DNA of 64,000 bases, taken from positions 46,254,001 to 46,318,000 of the forward strand of contig NC_087447.1 in assembly GCF_036321535.1 (NCBI RefSeq), given 5' to 3'. The notes under the pieces are model-generated. The model was not told the DNA's origin. It did not search any database and saw nothing but the letters and a program-made list of their open reading frames with translations. The position numbers and the translations under genes are program-made. The stretch comes from Camelus dromedarius. Lineage: Eukaryota. This document shows, one piece after another, positions 52,460 through 64,000 of this stretch (the stretch's first letter is position 1; every line of letters begins with the position of its first letter).

Positions 52460-55020
52460 ATTTTTGCCTGGGTTCCTCTGAAAGGCGAGCCTGAGTGAAA
52501 AGCTTATTTACTGGTACTTAATTAAGGATTGTAATTCAGGAAAGCAGGAGTGAGGAAAAGGTAAAGTAATGTACAGAAGAAAGGCAAGCCAATGTAACAG
52601 TGTTTTACCAAGCTGATCACCATTTTGTAACAAGTGTGACTGAATGCTTAGCAGCATGGCAGCATCATGTAGAAGTGCACATGAACGATGCCATATTATA
52701 AAAACCTGATTGGAGTAGGGATAGGGCGAGGCGAATTTATCTTCTAGCTTCCATGTCCTGTTGATAAAGGCTGACTGCATTAAGTGTTAACTTGTCCTAT
52801 TTCTCGGTTGCCCATACATGAGTACCAAGTAGGTTCTACAGGACCCTAAGACAGGGTCAACAAGGAAGCCTAGAGTGGGGATGTAGAGATGAGCCTTTTG
52901 GGCATGAGGTGAAGGACTGTGTGCAACTGCCCAGCCCACATGAATTTGAGCAGACCCCACACAGAGCCGTTGCCACAGCAGTGGCTGGAATGAAACAAAT
53001 GGACAAAGGTCCAGGGAACAGATGACGATGAGAAGAGCCAGAGTGGTGTGTACAAAGTGTTCAATATATTTCTCTCCTTACACCACGCATATCTACCCAC
53101 GCCATCCATTATGTCCAGCGCTCACACCACAGTATGTAGCTTTTCTGTAAAAACAAGATGCTTTCACTTCTTCCTAGAAATAGAAGGTGTGAATTCGGTC
53201 ATTTATATATTCCCCTTCGAGGTAGTAGGCAGCTGCAATCTCTGGTGGGATTTATGGCTTGAGAATGAGTAAAACAAGCTATAATCTCTAATGTCATAGC
53301 TGACCCTAAGGTTGTATTTGATATTCATCTCCTCTTCCTCCGCCACTCGTAGATTTCTCTTATTCTTATCTAACCTTTCAACTAGTATAGGTTGCTTGCA
53401 TGGCGGGCAAACTAGATCTTTACTCCCACGGAGACTGAACTGTTCTATGTCTTGTCCTTGTCAGGCTAGTTGCTTCCTTTGCCCATACAGTATTACCACT
53501 GAGCATGGAAAAATCAAGACATGCTGGTTAACCCCCTGGGTTCCAGGTGTGCTCCTCTCTGCCTGCACTGTGCAGCAACAGCCCTAGCTCAAGGTGGTAA
53601 CCAGGGTCAAGTAAGCTTATCAGTAGAGAAACACGTTTTACCTGCTCATGCACTGACATGAAAAAGCCAAAGAGACCAGGTGGTAGTTGAGGCTTCAAGC
53701 TCAATAGAAGTTTAACCAGAATTCTAGTAGAAATATTCCCTCAAACCAAACAGATCCTCAGACTGCGAGGACAGGAAGTTTAAATACCAAAACTGGAACT
53801 CTGGGAGTGATGATGAGAAAATTTAAACCCATTCCCATTTCTTGGTTACTGGAATATGAGTTCTAGTCATTAGGGACATGGTTCCATCTGCTGGATGTTG
53901 GTTTAGAAAATATTTCATTCTGGAGCACAGCTCCCCAGCTCCGCAAGGCCTTCCCAAACTAACATCTTGGCTAAACCATTGATAAAGCCATTCAAGCATT
54001 CAATTCGACCAGCTCCTTCTAAGGAGGTATATGTAAGTTCAGTAAACTCTATAGCCATTAAACTGTCATTGCACCTCCTTTCAGCCACTTAGCCTAAAGA
54101 TGACGTTATATAGCACGCCATGTTGATGGGTCAAGAACACTGAGGTACACTGATGGTGGTACTGGAGAAGGTACTCTGAGTAAAGAAGGCAAATCCATAT
54201 GTAGAGAAAGAATATACTTAGCAAGGGCGGATCATTGCCCACTTAAGCCTGGAAGGTGTCTGATGTATTTGCTCTACTGCTTGGAGGCATGGGGTGGGGT
54301 GAGGGTATGACACCCGCCTCTGCAGCTGACAGGCTGGGCATTCAACAGCGGCCATAACTGGACCAGCCTTGATGAGGAGCAGCCCATGTTGTTAGGCCCG
54401 TGAATAGTCTCCACCTCTGTGACTATGGCCACCCTGTTCATGGACATACTGAGCCAGCATTAGGGGGCCAGAGAGGGAAGCTGGCAGACATTCATTAGGT
54501 AAGTCATCTGCCCCTGTAGATGAGATCCCAAGTAGGTGAGAGCCTACTTAAGAGCGGGCGCTCTCTGGTGGGCACTAGGTGAGAAGAAAAAGGCCTGAAT
54601 GCTCTGCGCCCACTGCCATGGCCCCATTAACAGATCTGTTCCCTGACATGCTTGTCCTTAATCCTCCAACCTTATTGTTTCAGGTCCCGGACAAACTATT
54701 CAGCCTGTGCTACCGCTGGGTAGTTAGTGTGTGTTTGAACCTTAGGTTACTTCTCCCTCCATGAGATATTGGTGACTGAACGCAGTGCCAAGCTTACTTC
54801 CAGCACTTAGGAGCGGCACGTGGGGATACCGTGACGGCGACTGTAACGCAGCGGCAGTCCATTTTCAGCTAGCACCAGCACGTCTCCCAACCCATTTGTG
54901 AACCAAGCCTTAGTTCTTTTTCCCGCTGCCCGTTAGTCATAGGAAACACCTCACAAGGCCGTAAGCCTGAGGGAGAAACTCTGTTGTCAGAACATGGCTT
55001 CTGATGCTTTGAGTAACTAT
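52460..55020 (-). mobile_element. ERVL remnant: LTR33-like LTR (about 52460-53060) and degraded pol/integrase
   Basis: gggttcctctgaaaggcgagcctgag..aggaaagcaggagtgagg..aaggcaagccaatg resembles antisense LTR33. 54240-54460 in antisense resembles ERVL integrase (VHEQGGH, QQHGL, ECPACQ). Confidence 0.65.
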
Positions 55021-55079
55021 TTCTACCCGTACGTCTCGGTTTCTGTCTGGATCATTTTCCGTCTGCCTGAAGAACTACA

Positions 55080-55440
55080 TTTACATTTTTTAGTGCAGGC
55101 CTAATAGTGACACACTCCATCAATTTTTGTTATTACGACCCATCCTTTCATCTTCTTTGTTGAAAGACATTTTCACAGGTACTAGAATTCTAAAGTGGTA
55201 GTTCTTATCTATTCCAAGATAGAATTCCACTGCATTCTGTCCTCCACTGCTTATGTTGAAGTCAAATGTCAATCTAATTGTGGATCCCTTGACTATAATG
55301 AACCCACCATCCCTAGCTATTAAAACTTTTTTAACTTTCTGCACTTTTTCAATGTGTCTAGGTATAGTTTTATTTCTATTTAGCCTTCCTGGGTTTACCA
55401 GAACTTCTTGATCACACAAGGCCTTGTAAGTACCACTGTA
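55080..55440 (-). mobile_element. Ancient L1M ORF1 C-terminal fragment
   Basis: Minus-strand ORF with PRHI..KGSTIRLTFDF..RILVPVKMSF. Confidence 0.6.
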
Positions 55441-55589
55441 AGGACTTTTCAAGGTTCGACCTTTCTCTCAGAATAAAAACCAGAGTTTTAATTCAATAGA
55501 TAACATAAGTGGACATGTATTTTTAAAAGTTTTTTATGTCTTCTATGATGGGAATAGCACAAACGGTTGAGGGACGAAATAAGGAAATA

Positions 55590-55810
55590 AGTAAAGAGAA
55601 ACTACAGTAATCCAGAAAAGAGAAGATGATGGCTCATAACCAAGGTGGTGGCATGTATGTGCTGAGAAGTCATCAGATTTTGTGTATGTTTGTAAAATGT
55701 GCCAATGGCATTTCTTATCAGATTAGATACAGAGTGTGAGAGAAAAGAGATTCAAAGGTAACACAAGACTTTTGAGTGGCAGGAAGGAAGGAGTTGTGGG
55801 ATCACTGAGC
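55590..55810 (-). mobile_element. L2 LINE fragment
   Basis: cagtaatccag..agagaagatgatggc..accaaggtggtggca..gagaagt..tcagatt..gtgtgagagaaaagaga resembles antisense L2. Confidence 0.65.
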
Positions 55811-56553
55811 TGAACTGGGTCCTACACTTAAGCACTGTCCCTGCTACTTCATGGATGACATGCAGCCCTGCACCCTCATTTAGGATGCTGGGAAGTCCTC
55901 GTTAGGTGACTGGAAATGTTGTCACTAGGCCCAGACTACAGCACCAGGTTTCCTAATTTCATATTCCCTGTGTGATGGGAAAATTTTGTGCCTATGGGCT
56001 GCATGTGTTCGTGCTTTGTTGGAATGCTAAACTCAAATGAGTGAATACATCAGGTAACAAAATTTCCTTTCATGTTTGTGACTAATCATGGTTGCTCTGG
56101 TGTTAGAGGTATCATCCGGCTAGGTGAGCCTTAGAATATTGGACTCGTACTGGAAGCAAAGCCATTCCTTCTTTATGAGTGATATGTGACTTATTGGCTG
56201 GTGACATTCCTTGTGTGAGAATAAAGATAAGCAGATGTTTGTTTTGGAAACAGCTTCTTTTAAGGCATGCTACACTCTATGTTTATGTGTTTTAGTATTT
56301 ACTATTATTTTTAAGGTTTCCATCTATCCCAATTATACTCAAAACAAACAAGCAAAAGGTTTTGACCATATACGAACTAAACGTAGAACATTATTTCTAT
56401 GTGTGTATGTGTGTGCACACGCACGCACACGCTTGCTTATAAACTAACTAAACACAAGGCAACTCTGGAGCCCTCTACTTACTATCATTCCCTCACCCCG
56501 ACTCCAGCATTCAGTCTGTCCCACTCTCTCTCCGCCTGTCCCTCACTGTCCAC

Positions 56554-57498
56554 TTACACATCCTTTCTCAGGAATAGTCCTAAGACTCGCTCACGAATCT
56601 GCTTGGTCTTGACCCCATAGATGATGGGATTGACCACGGGCGGGAAGAGCAGATAGAAATTGGCAAGGAGAATGTGTACATGTGGGGCGGCCCGGCGAGC
56701 TACACGGTGCATGACCGAGGAGATGACCACAGGTGTGTAAAAGGCTAAAATGGCACCTATGTGGGACACACACGTCCCACAGGCCTTGTAGCGGGCCTCC
56801 TGAGAGGCAAGCTGCAGAACTGCACGAAGGATGAAGACGTAAGACAGGACAACAAACAGCAGGTCCAACACCACTATAAACATGGCCACAGCAATGCCAT
56901 AGATACTATTGAAGCGAGTGTCCCCACAGGCCAGCCTTACCACGGCCATGTGCTCACAACAGCAGTGGGCAATCACAGGGCCTCGGCAGCAGTGGAAGCG
57001 TCTGAGCAGAAACGGGAGTGGAGTCATTCGTGTCACAGCCCGAGTCACAACAGCCATGCCAATCTTGGTGATAAGGGGCCCAGTCAGGACTGTGGTGTAG
57101 TGCAGTGGCTTGCAGATGGCCACATAGCGGTCAAAGGCCGTGGCCAGCAGCACTGCCGACTCCACGACAGAGAAGGAGTGGAGAAAGAACATCTGGACCA
57201 GACAGGCATAGAAGTTGATCTCCCGATGTCTGAACCAAAAAACAGCCAGCATTTTGGGAAGCGTTGTAGATGAGACGACCGGGTCGATGGCTGCCAACAC
57301 GGCCAGAAAGAGGTACATGGGCTTGTGGAGGGCTGTATCGGCCTGAATGATGAAGAGGAGGGTGCAGCTGCCAAGACGGGCCAGTGTATAGGCTGAGCAA
57401 AAGGGAATGGATATCCAGATATGCAAGTGCTCCAGGCCAGGGATCCCCATCAAAAAGAAGACTGCCGGATGAGTTCAGGTGATGTTGGAGGCTGACAT
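56554..57498 (-). pseudogene. OR52K1: OR52K1/K2-like olfactory receptor, probably a pseudogene (TGA at codon 8 and erosion of conserved motifs)
   Basis: ATG at 57498 reads MSASNIT*THPAVFFLMGIPGLEH, with TGA at 57475-57477. The rest of the frame is open to 56554 (HKPMYLFL, TAFDRYVAIC, CEHMAVVRLACGDT, NPIIYGVKTKQIR). K1 versus K2 orthology is not resolved. Confidence 0.88.
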
Positions 57499-58440
57499 GG
57501 CCACTGGGAATTCTTTCCCTTGTCTAATTCCACAGGGCCCCTCCAGGGAGTATCCAACGTCAGCAGAATTACAGTGTTCAAGTTAAAACTCGGATCATTT
57601 ATGTGGAAGAATTAACCCTTGATCCTATTTCTGGACCTTAAAAGAGATTAGACAATAATCCTAATATACACTGTAGAACATTATACATCATCTCTGCCCT
57701 CAAGATGCTTATAAAACTGTTGGGTGGTCAGGACATTACATAGAAATGAGCTGGAAGGCAGCCTTCATAAACGAACTGAGTGGATGAAGAGCTTTCTGTG
57801 GTCTTTGTGTGGCCAAGGACAGCTTTATAAAGGATATAGGCACCTGTCTAATTCAAATCTTACCCCAGAACACTCACTGTCTTCCTTCTTCCTCCCATCT
57901 CAGCCTCAATTATGAAAGGGGAGTCTCTGTCCTGAAATGTCACGCTTGGTTGTATAAAAAACAATTAAGCCCAGGACCTTCTAATAATTTACTTCCCTCC
58001 AAGTTCTATAGATTCTAGGAGAGGTTAAATAGGTCCCTAGTTGATACTCAGAAATCTCGCCATAAAGCCCCACCTCCAGCTAACTTGAGAACGTGAGAAG
58101 TCCTATTGTTCTTCTTCAAGCAACTTTAACTTTCATCTCTATAGACTTCCAACTTCACCTACTTTTCTTTCTAGCATTCATGACATTCAGAAGAAGAGAT
58201 GCTCCACTCTCACGTTTTTGCAAGACTGACCCCTGAATTTCTTGGAATTTCACATTATTCTTTTTCCTTCTGGGATCCCTTTGTCTCCTTTTCCCCTCTT
58301 CTATCATCATTTACTTTGAAAATGCATAGTCATTTGTTTCCCCAATTTTGACCTGTGTCCCTTCTCTTTTCTTCTCAGTTCCTACATAAAAAGATTCTTC
58401 TGAGGATTTTTTGAGATAATGTTTTAAAACACTTAGCACA

Positions 58441-58978
58441 ATGGATGAGTGGATAAAGAAAATGTGGTATGTACACAATGGAATACTATATAGCCGCAAC
58501 AAATAAGAAAATCCTGCCATCTGTGACAATGTGGAGGGACACTGAGGGCATCATGCTAAGTGAAATAAGTCAGACAGAAAAAAAAATGCTGTGTGATCTC
58601 ACTTATACGTGGAATCCAAAAAAATGAACTCATGAAAATAAAGATTGGTGGTTGCAGAGGTGGGAGTTGGGGGAAATGGGTGAAGGTGGTCAAAAGGAAT
58701 AAAATTCCAGTTATCAGATAAATAAGTTCTGGGGATGTAAATACAGCATAGTCACTATAGTTAACAATGCTGTATTGCATATTTGAAAGCTGCTATGAGA
58801 GTAGCTCTTGAAGTTCTCATCACCAGAAAAAAAATTATAACTATGTGAGGTGACAGATGTTAACTAGTGGCAATCATTCTGCAATATATACACGTATATC
58901 AAATCATTGTGTTTACTATTACAATGTCATTGTCAACTATATCTCTATAAGACGGGAAATTTTTTAACTAAAAAAACA
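58441..58978 (+). mobile_element. LINE-1 3' end (L1MA9-like)
   Basis: atggatgagtggataaagaaaatgtgg...aatggaatactat; 3' UTR gaaatgggtgaaggtggtcaaaagg..aaataagttctggggatgtaa; A-rich end. Confidence 0.85.
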
Positions 58979-59579
58979 TAGTGCAAATCTAGAACATTAA
59001 AAAGGGCTCAGTAAATGTGAGCATATTTTTTTTAATTGAGAAAACTAAAGGTTAATTTACCTCCTGACCATCACATGGTTGGTAAACTTGAATTTGGAGA
59101 ATTCTGCTTTCCTGCCTTCAAATTCAGTGTCTTCAATCACTATACTCTTCTGCTTCCACCTTGTTGCTCCACAAACAGTTCAAATCCAGAGTGATCATGT
59201 TAAATAAATAAAACTCTAACTCATTACCAGAATACAGGGAAAAGCTTTAGAATCTAAGGCCTTGGGCCCATGTAAGGCCATCAGCAGAAACTTACATTAA
59301 TCATTGATATTTTTGAAGTTGTAGCTTCCTCACCTATAAATAAAGGCAATAACTATACCTCCCATGACCACCTTACTGACTTTCATCATGAGGAAAGGTG
59401 CCACCACGCGTGAGAACAGACCCTGAAAACTGTGCGGCACTGCACACATGCTCTCTGTCCTTACTCTTTTCCTTCCTAGCACAAGTCTGCCTGTTTTCTA
59501 AAAGGCTTATCTTGATTAACACCAGCACAGTCCTGTATCCCTTGCCTTCAAATCTTCCTCCATCTAACACCCTTTATTT

Positions 59580-61103
59580 CTGTTCCTCTTCACAGCACCA
59601 CTTGCTTAAAAGTTTGACTGTATTAAATCTCTGCTTCCTCGTCTCATTTAATTTCCAGTCATTTCCAACCTGGCTTCCATCTCTATTACTTCCTTTCCGT
59701 CCACTGTCATCACTTCCTTTCCCCCCAACTCTCTCCTTCTCCTTCCTTCTCTTTTTATTCTCACACTTCTCTAGGTGTTCTCTTTCATTCCTCTTGGCAT
59801 CTTTACCATCTCTGTTCAGGGAATTCCCAAGTGCACAGCTTCTACTGGCTCTTTCAGACTAGTACATCCTACTGCCTATGCGATATCCCCACCTGGATGT
59901 TCTTCAGGCATCTCAAACAAAGCTCAGCCAAAACAAATCTTTTTATCTCCCCACAAACTATTTCCTCCCAATGACTTGCCCATCTTAGTAAGTGTTACTG
60001 CCATCCATCCTGTAGCAGGTCAGAAACCCAGGGATAATCCTTAATTTAATCCTTTCCTCTTCATACCTGGTTCATTAGCAAATCCTATCAATCTGCAAAA
60101 TGTGTTTCCCTCCCTACTCTTTTCCTTTTCTCCTGCCATCATCTTTATTGACTCACCATCACCTTTCATCCAGACTGCAAAAGCCTCCTCACTAGCCTCC
60201 CTGGTCTGAATCTTGGGCAAGCTATAATCCATTCTCTGTGCTGCAGCTGAAGAGACTACTAAAAAGGCAAATTTATATTATGCCAGGCCTTGCCTAAGAC
60301 CTTCTTGGAATTACCACTGCACTAAGGATGCAATCCACACTCCTAGCCCCGGTTTACAAGTCTCTGCCTGGTCTGGTACCTAACCACTTTTCAGCTTCAA
60401 TCCCTTCCACCTCTCCCTTCTCTGTTATGCTCCAGTCACACAGCCTTTGGCCAGCTCTTTCTCAATAATGATGCCCTTTTATCCTTACCCTGAATTCTCT
60501 CACACTGCTTCTCTCTGTGCCATTTTGTCTTCCCAAAGCCACATAGTCTCTTGCCTGTGTCATTGTAAAGTCTTCCCCTATAGTTTTCTACCCCCACTCA
60601 ATCTATCCACCACAGTGTGACAGACCTACTGAAAACCACCTGAGATCTCATTACTACAAGGAAAATTTAAGACTATTCAACATATTTATAAACTTGTTCT
60701 TGCCTAAATTATTAGCCTGAATTCTAGTACATTCTAAATATTCATCCTAGGTTCAGCCACATTGGATTGTCTGCCACTTGCTGAAATAGTCATGCTTGTA
60801 GCTCACAGTTATTTCTCTGGAATATTTCCTTCTGCCCACTTCCACACCAGGCCAAGATCCTGCCACCTGCTCGGTGAAGCTGTCTCAGACTCCTGCCGGC
60901 AGATTTTCTCAGTGTTTTGGGTGAGGACTCATTAATAGGCTGAATTAAATAACACAAGGAGACTATGATCTATGACACCAACGCACTTACCTGTCCATTC
61001 ACTGGACTGTGAGAGTTTTACAAGGACTGTGACTTATTCATGTCTACTTTCACAGAACATGGTTGGTGCTCAGTAAGTGCTTTTTAAATAAATGCATGAA
61101 TGA
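59580..61103 (+). mobile_element. L2 LINE, degenerate 3' portion
   Basis: ccacctggatg..ggcatctcaaac, ccatccatcc.gt..cagaaacc, gcctcctcactagcctccctg; terminus gtgctcagtaagtg..aataaatgcatgaatga. Confidence 0.75.
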
Positions 61104-63519
61104 CTCCCTTCCTGGAGAAACTGCCTTCTTTCTGCTGTTGTACAGTTCATCACCATCTAATCCAAACTGAGACTCACTGGGTATCTCGCAATTTTAATTC
61201 CCTCCACAGATGGAAGTTCTATGAAATCTTCCATCAGTTTTGATTAACTAGATTACGAAGAAAGCCCACTTTTTATTAGAAACTCCTCCTCCAAGTCTAA
61301 TGGATATCTTCATTTTCTCTAGGACTCAGCATTGGCATGGACAGCATGGAAGCCCCATGACAATGGGGCTGTGTTTACATTTACTGCCACTATATCCATC
61401 ACACGGATATAGGCACTTCCTAAATACTTCCTAAATGAATAAAGGAATAGCATTTTATACATGTTGTCACCCTTATCCTAAATGAATGTGCTTTCTCCAA
61501 TTCCAGACAGGGCTCTCTTCCTCCCTGAGTGCCCCTGTCTCCCTTGCAACCTGAGTGTTTCTGCTGACCATCACTGGCCCTCCAGTTCATCTGCCCACAC
61601 CTCAGTCTCACAGCTCCCTATTCTGCTTAGAATGCCTAATAATCCACAAGCTTCCCTCTTTCCAGATGCAACAAAGATATACCTATAATTTCATTCACAA
61701 TTCAACTCTGCTTATCTGGTCTCCTCTCAGAGTCCCAACACTTGTCACCCTGCTTGGCATGAGTGTTTTGTCTGGTCCTTACATGTTCTTGTCTTTCGTT
61801 TCCTGCCCCCACAGCCAAGACGTCAGCAAATGACATACGAAAGCCCCTGTCATTTCTTCCCCAAAGTGGATGTGGCTCCCTACCTAGAGACTATTCAGTC
61901 AGAGCTGTAAACCACTTGGTGGGCTGCACCTCGGTCCTGAGAGAACTTTACAATGGCATATTTGGAAAACTGAGTCCCCAAATGATCATGGTGGAAGTAA
62001 GTAGTAGATAAAGGACTAAATTCCACATCTTCTGACTCCTATGCCAGGATTCTGTCTATAGGACCGTAATGGAAAGATACAGCTGGTTGTTGCTGAAATC
62101 TTTAATAAGCAAGAGAACTGACCTGTCTCTTCTATCTCCTTATTTTGGATTTCTCTCCCCCCCCCCCCCGCCCCAGACTATTACAGCAGCTAAGGCGGAG
62201 GTAGGGCAAGACTGTGAAACAGGAGGAGAGCAGGTAGCCCTAACAGGAAGGATGCGACTACCCTGGTCCAGGTTATTTAGAGAAGGTCTTCTTGAGCTGC
62301 TCCCTAACACACAGTACAGGAGAACAGACCTGGGAGACAGAAAAGTGTTTCTTCTAATAGTGGTGGGATGGAAGGATCTGAGGCTTGTAGAAGATAAAGC
62401 ACTTGAGGAGGCTAAAGAGAAAATATCCTGTTAGATGGAGACAGACTTACAAGGATAAGGATGACAGAAGACAAGAAAATCAGGAGATGAGGTGGTGCCA
62501 AAGACAAGGGTAAACGATCTGTCTGGGCATGAATGGTACACGAGAGATGCCTCTGCCCTGTGCATTCCACAGCTCATGCCCTGACCGAGCCTACTCCCCT
62601 CAACCATTAAGCATTCTTCCTTCTGTGGGCCCTTCACTCAGCCTTTGGGGACTCCCTCTAGTGACCACTATTTTCAGCCTGATTTCTGCCATTATCCTGG
62701 TTGTCCTAGTTTTTCTTGCTGGCTGCAGCTCACACAGCCTCTCTCCCTGCCCTGGGCCCCTTAGGTCTCCTGCTCCAGCCCTCTAGCAGCCAGCAGACCC
62801 CAGCATAAGTCCCCCTCCCTGGTCTGCTTGCCTCTCACCCGAGTTGAGCCAGCTCCCTCCCTGTGCCCTGTGTACCCCTGGTCTTCCCCGACCACTGCAG
62901 ACCCAGCATGCTCTCCCCCTGCAGCATGAGGCTCAGGTCATTTTCTGCAGCTTCAGGACAAGCTGATGCCGTTCTCCTCTCTTTGTGAGAGAAGGGTGGG
63001 GAAAACGGAGTTATAAAGCGGTCTGGCTGCGTCCCCATAATCAGTTACTCTTTTCCCAAAAGAAAAAGGAAACAGCAGGCCTGTCCCCAAAGCACATCCT
63101 GAAAGGGACCCACGATGGGCCTGGTGTCCTCCTGGGGGTGGCTCTGGGGACTTTCTCTGTCCCAGTCCCTAGTCTTCCGGGGCTCTTGCTCCTGGCCTCC
63201 CTCACCATTCTACTGCGTCAGTCATGACTCCCTTGAGGCAGAGCGTAGTCTCCTTTCAGCAACCGCTGAGCCTCCCTCCACCCTCACCCTCCTTCCCTGC
63301 AGTGCCTGCTGAGAAACAGAGCCTCCTCAGAACACGCAAACGGACGCCTGCTGTGGGGGCTTTCTGAGTGCGACTTATAAAATGGGGTGCAGGCACAGCT
63401 AGCTCAGGGTTTCCACTCACTTTTTTTATTTGATTTGGACAGAGCTGTGGGCTAAGGTTGTGAGTGACAAATTAAGTGTGAGTCAAGTATCAGGGAAATG
63501 ATACAGTATTGGTAACTAC

Positions 63520-64000
63520 AAATAATCAGTTCTTAAACCCCATCTTACCCAGCTCTCTGGCAACATGTGGCAGACACACATACTCTCTACTTCCTTGTTT
63601 CCTAAATGACTGTCTGCTAAGGTTTTCTTCTTACCTCACTATGTCGTCTGAATACTCTTTACTGTCTAGTTCTCGTCCCAGCCTCTTATGTTGGAGTCTC
63701 TTCTCTCACTATATTCATTCTTTTGGTGCTTTATTCATTTCTCATGGCTCTATTGATTCTTTGATGACTCTCAAATGTAGAGCTTCAACTCAGGTATCTC
63801 CCCTGAACTGCAAGTTGGTAAATGCAACTTGCTTACTTGAAATCTATTCTTCATAGACGAGTGTATATTTCCAAGCTTACATGTCCAAAGCAGAACTCTG
63901 ATTCCTTTCTTCCTCCATCTTTGTAAACCTACTTTAATCTCACTGTTTCCCATTGTGCTAAAGCCCTCCGATTCACCCAGTTCTTCAGGCTGGAAGTCCC
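63520..64000 (+). mobile_element. L2 LINE fragment running to the window end
   Basis: gatgactctcaaatgtag..tctcccctgaact..acatgtccaaagcagaactctgatt..attcacccagtt. Confidence 0.7.

Noticed and set aside
57520..57560. O/E (EBF)-like site ctccagggag upstream of the OR52K-like ATG
   Set aside because: It is a single degenerate match, and OR promoters usually lie further upstream beyond a 5' intron.
62700..63420. GC-richer stretch with two TATA-like motifs (about 63016 and 63376)
   Set aside because: There is no associated exon or ORF evidence, and such motifs are common by chance.

Overview
Mammalian genomic DNA from a class I olfactory receptor (OR52) cluster that is mostly transposable-element sequence. 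The L1 style and the lack of recognisable Alu, PRE-1, Bov-A/Bov-tA or Can-SINEs suggest a cetartiodactyl, possibly a camelid; this is inference. All three OR genes appear disabled: an OR52M-like gene (1598-2550, +), an OR52M1-like gene (about 24630-25503, +) and an OR52K-like gene (56554-57498, -, nonsense at codon 8). The window also holds a full-length 7.1-kb L1 with a few disabling mutations (35443-42541) inserted into an MLT2 LTR, a nested stack of old L1, ERV1 provirus, L1 and solo LTR (9.0-19.6 kb), ERV1 env/integrase remnants, ERVL remnants, L2, MIR and MER5A. Two signals stand out. The first is a 4.75-kb strand-asymmetric purine-rich array (GAAA / GAAACTTA words, fold-back inversions, higher-order duplication) that abuts and apparently replaces the N-terminus of the OR52M1-like gene. 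The second is an OR52K-like gene whose damaging substitutions are nearly all A/T to G/C, as expected from GC-biased gene conversion. I see no evidence of a new protein-coding system; most short ORFs are antisense or low-complexity artefacts. Repeat family names come from pattern recognition and were not confirmed by a database search.
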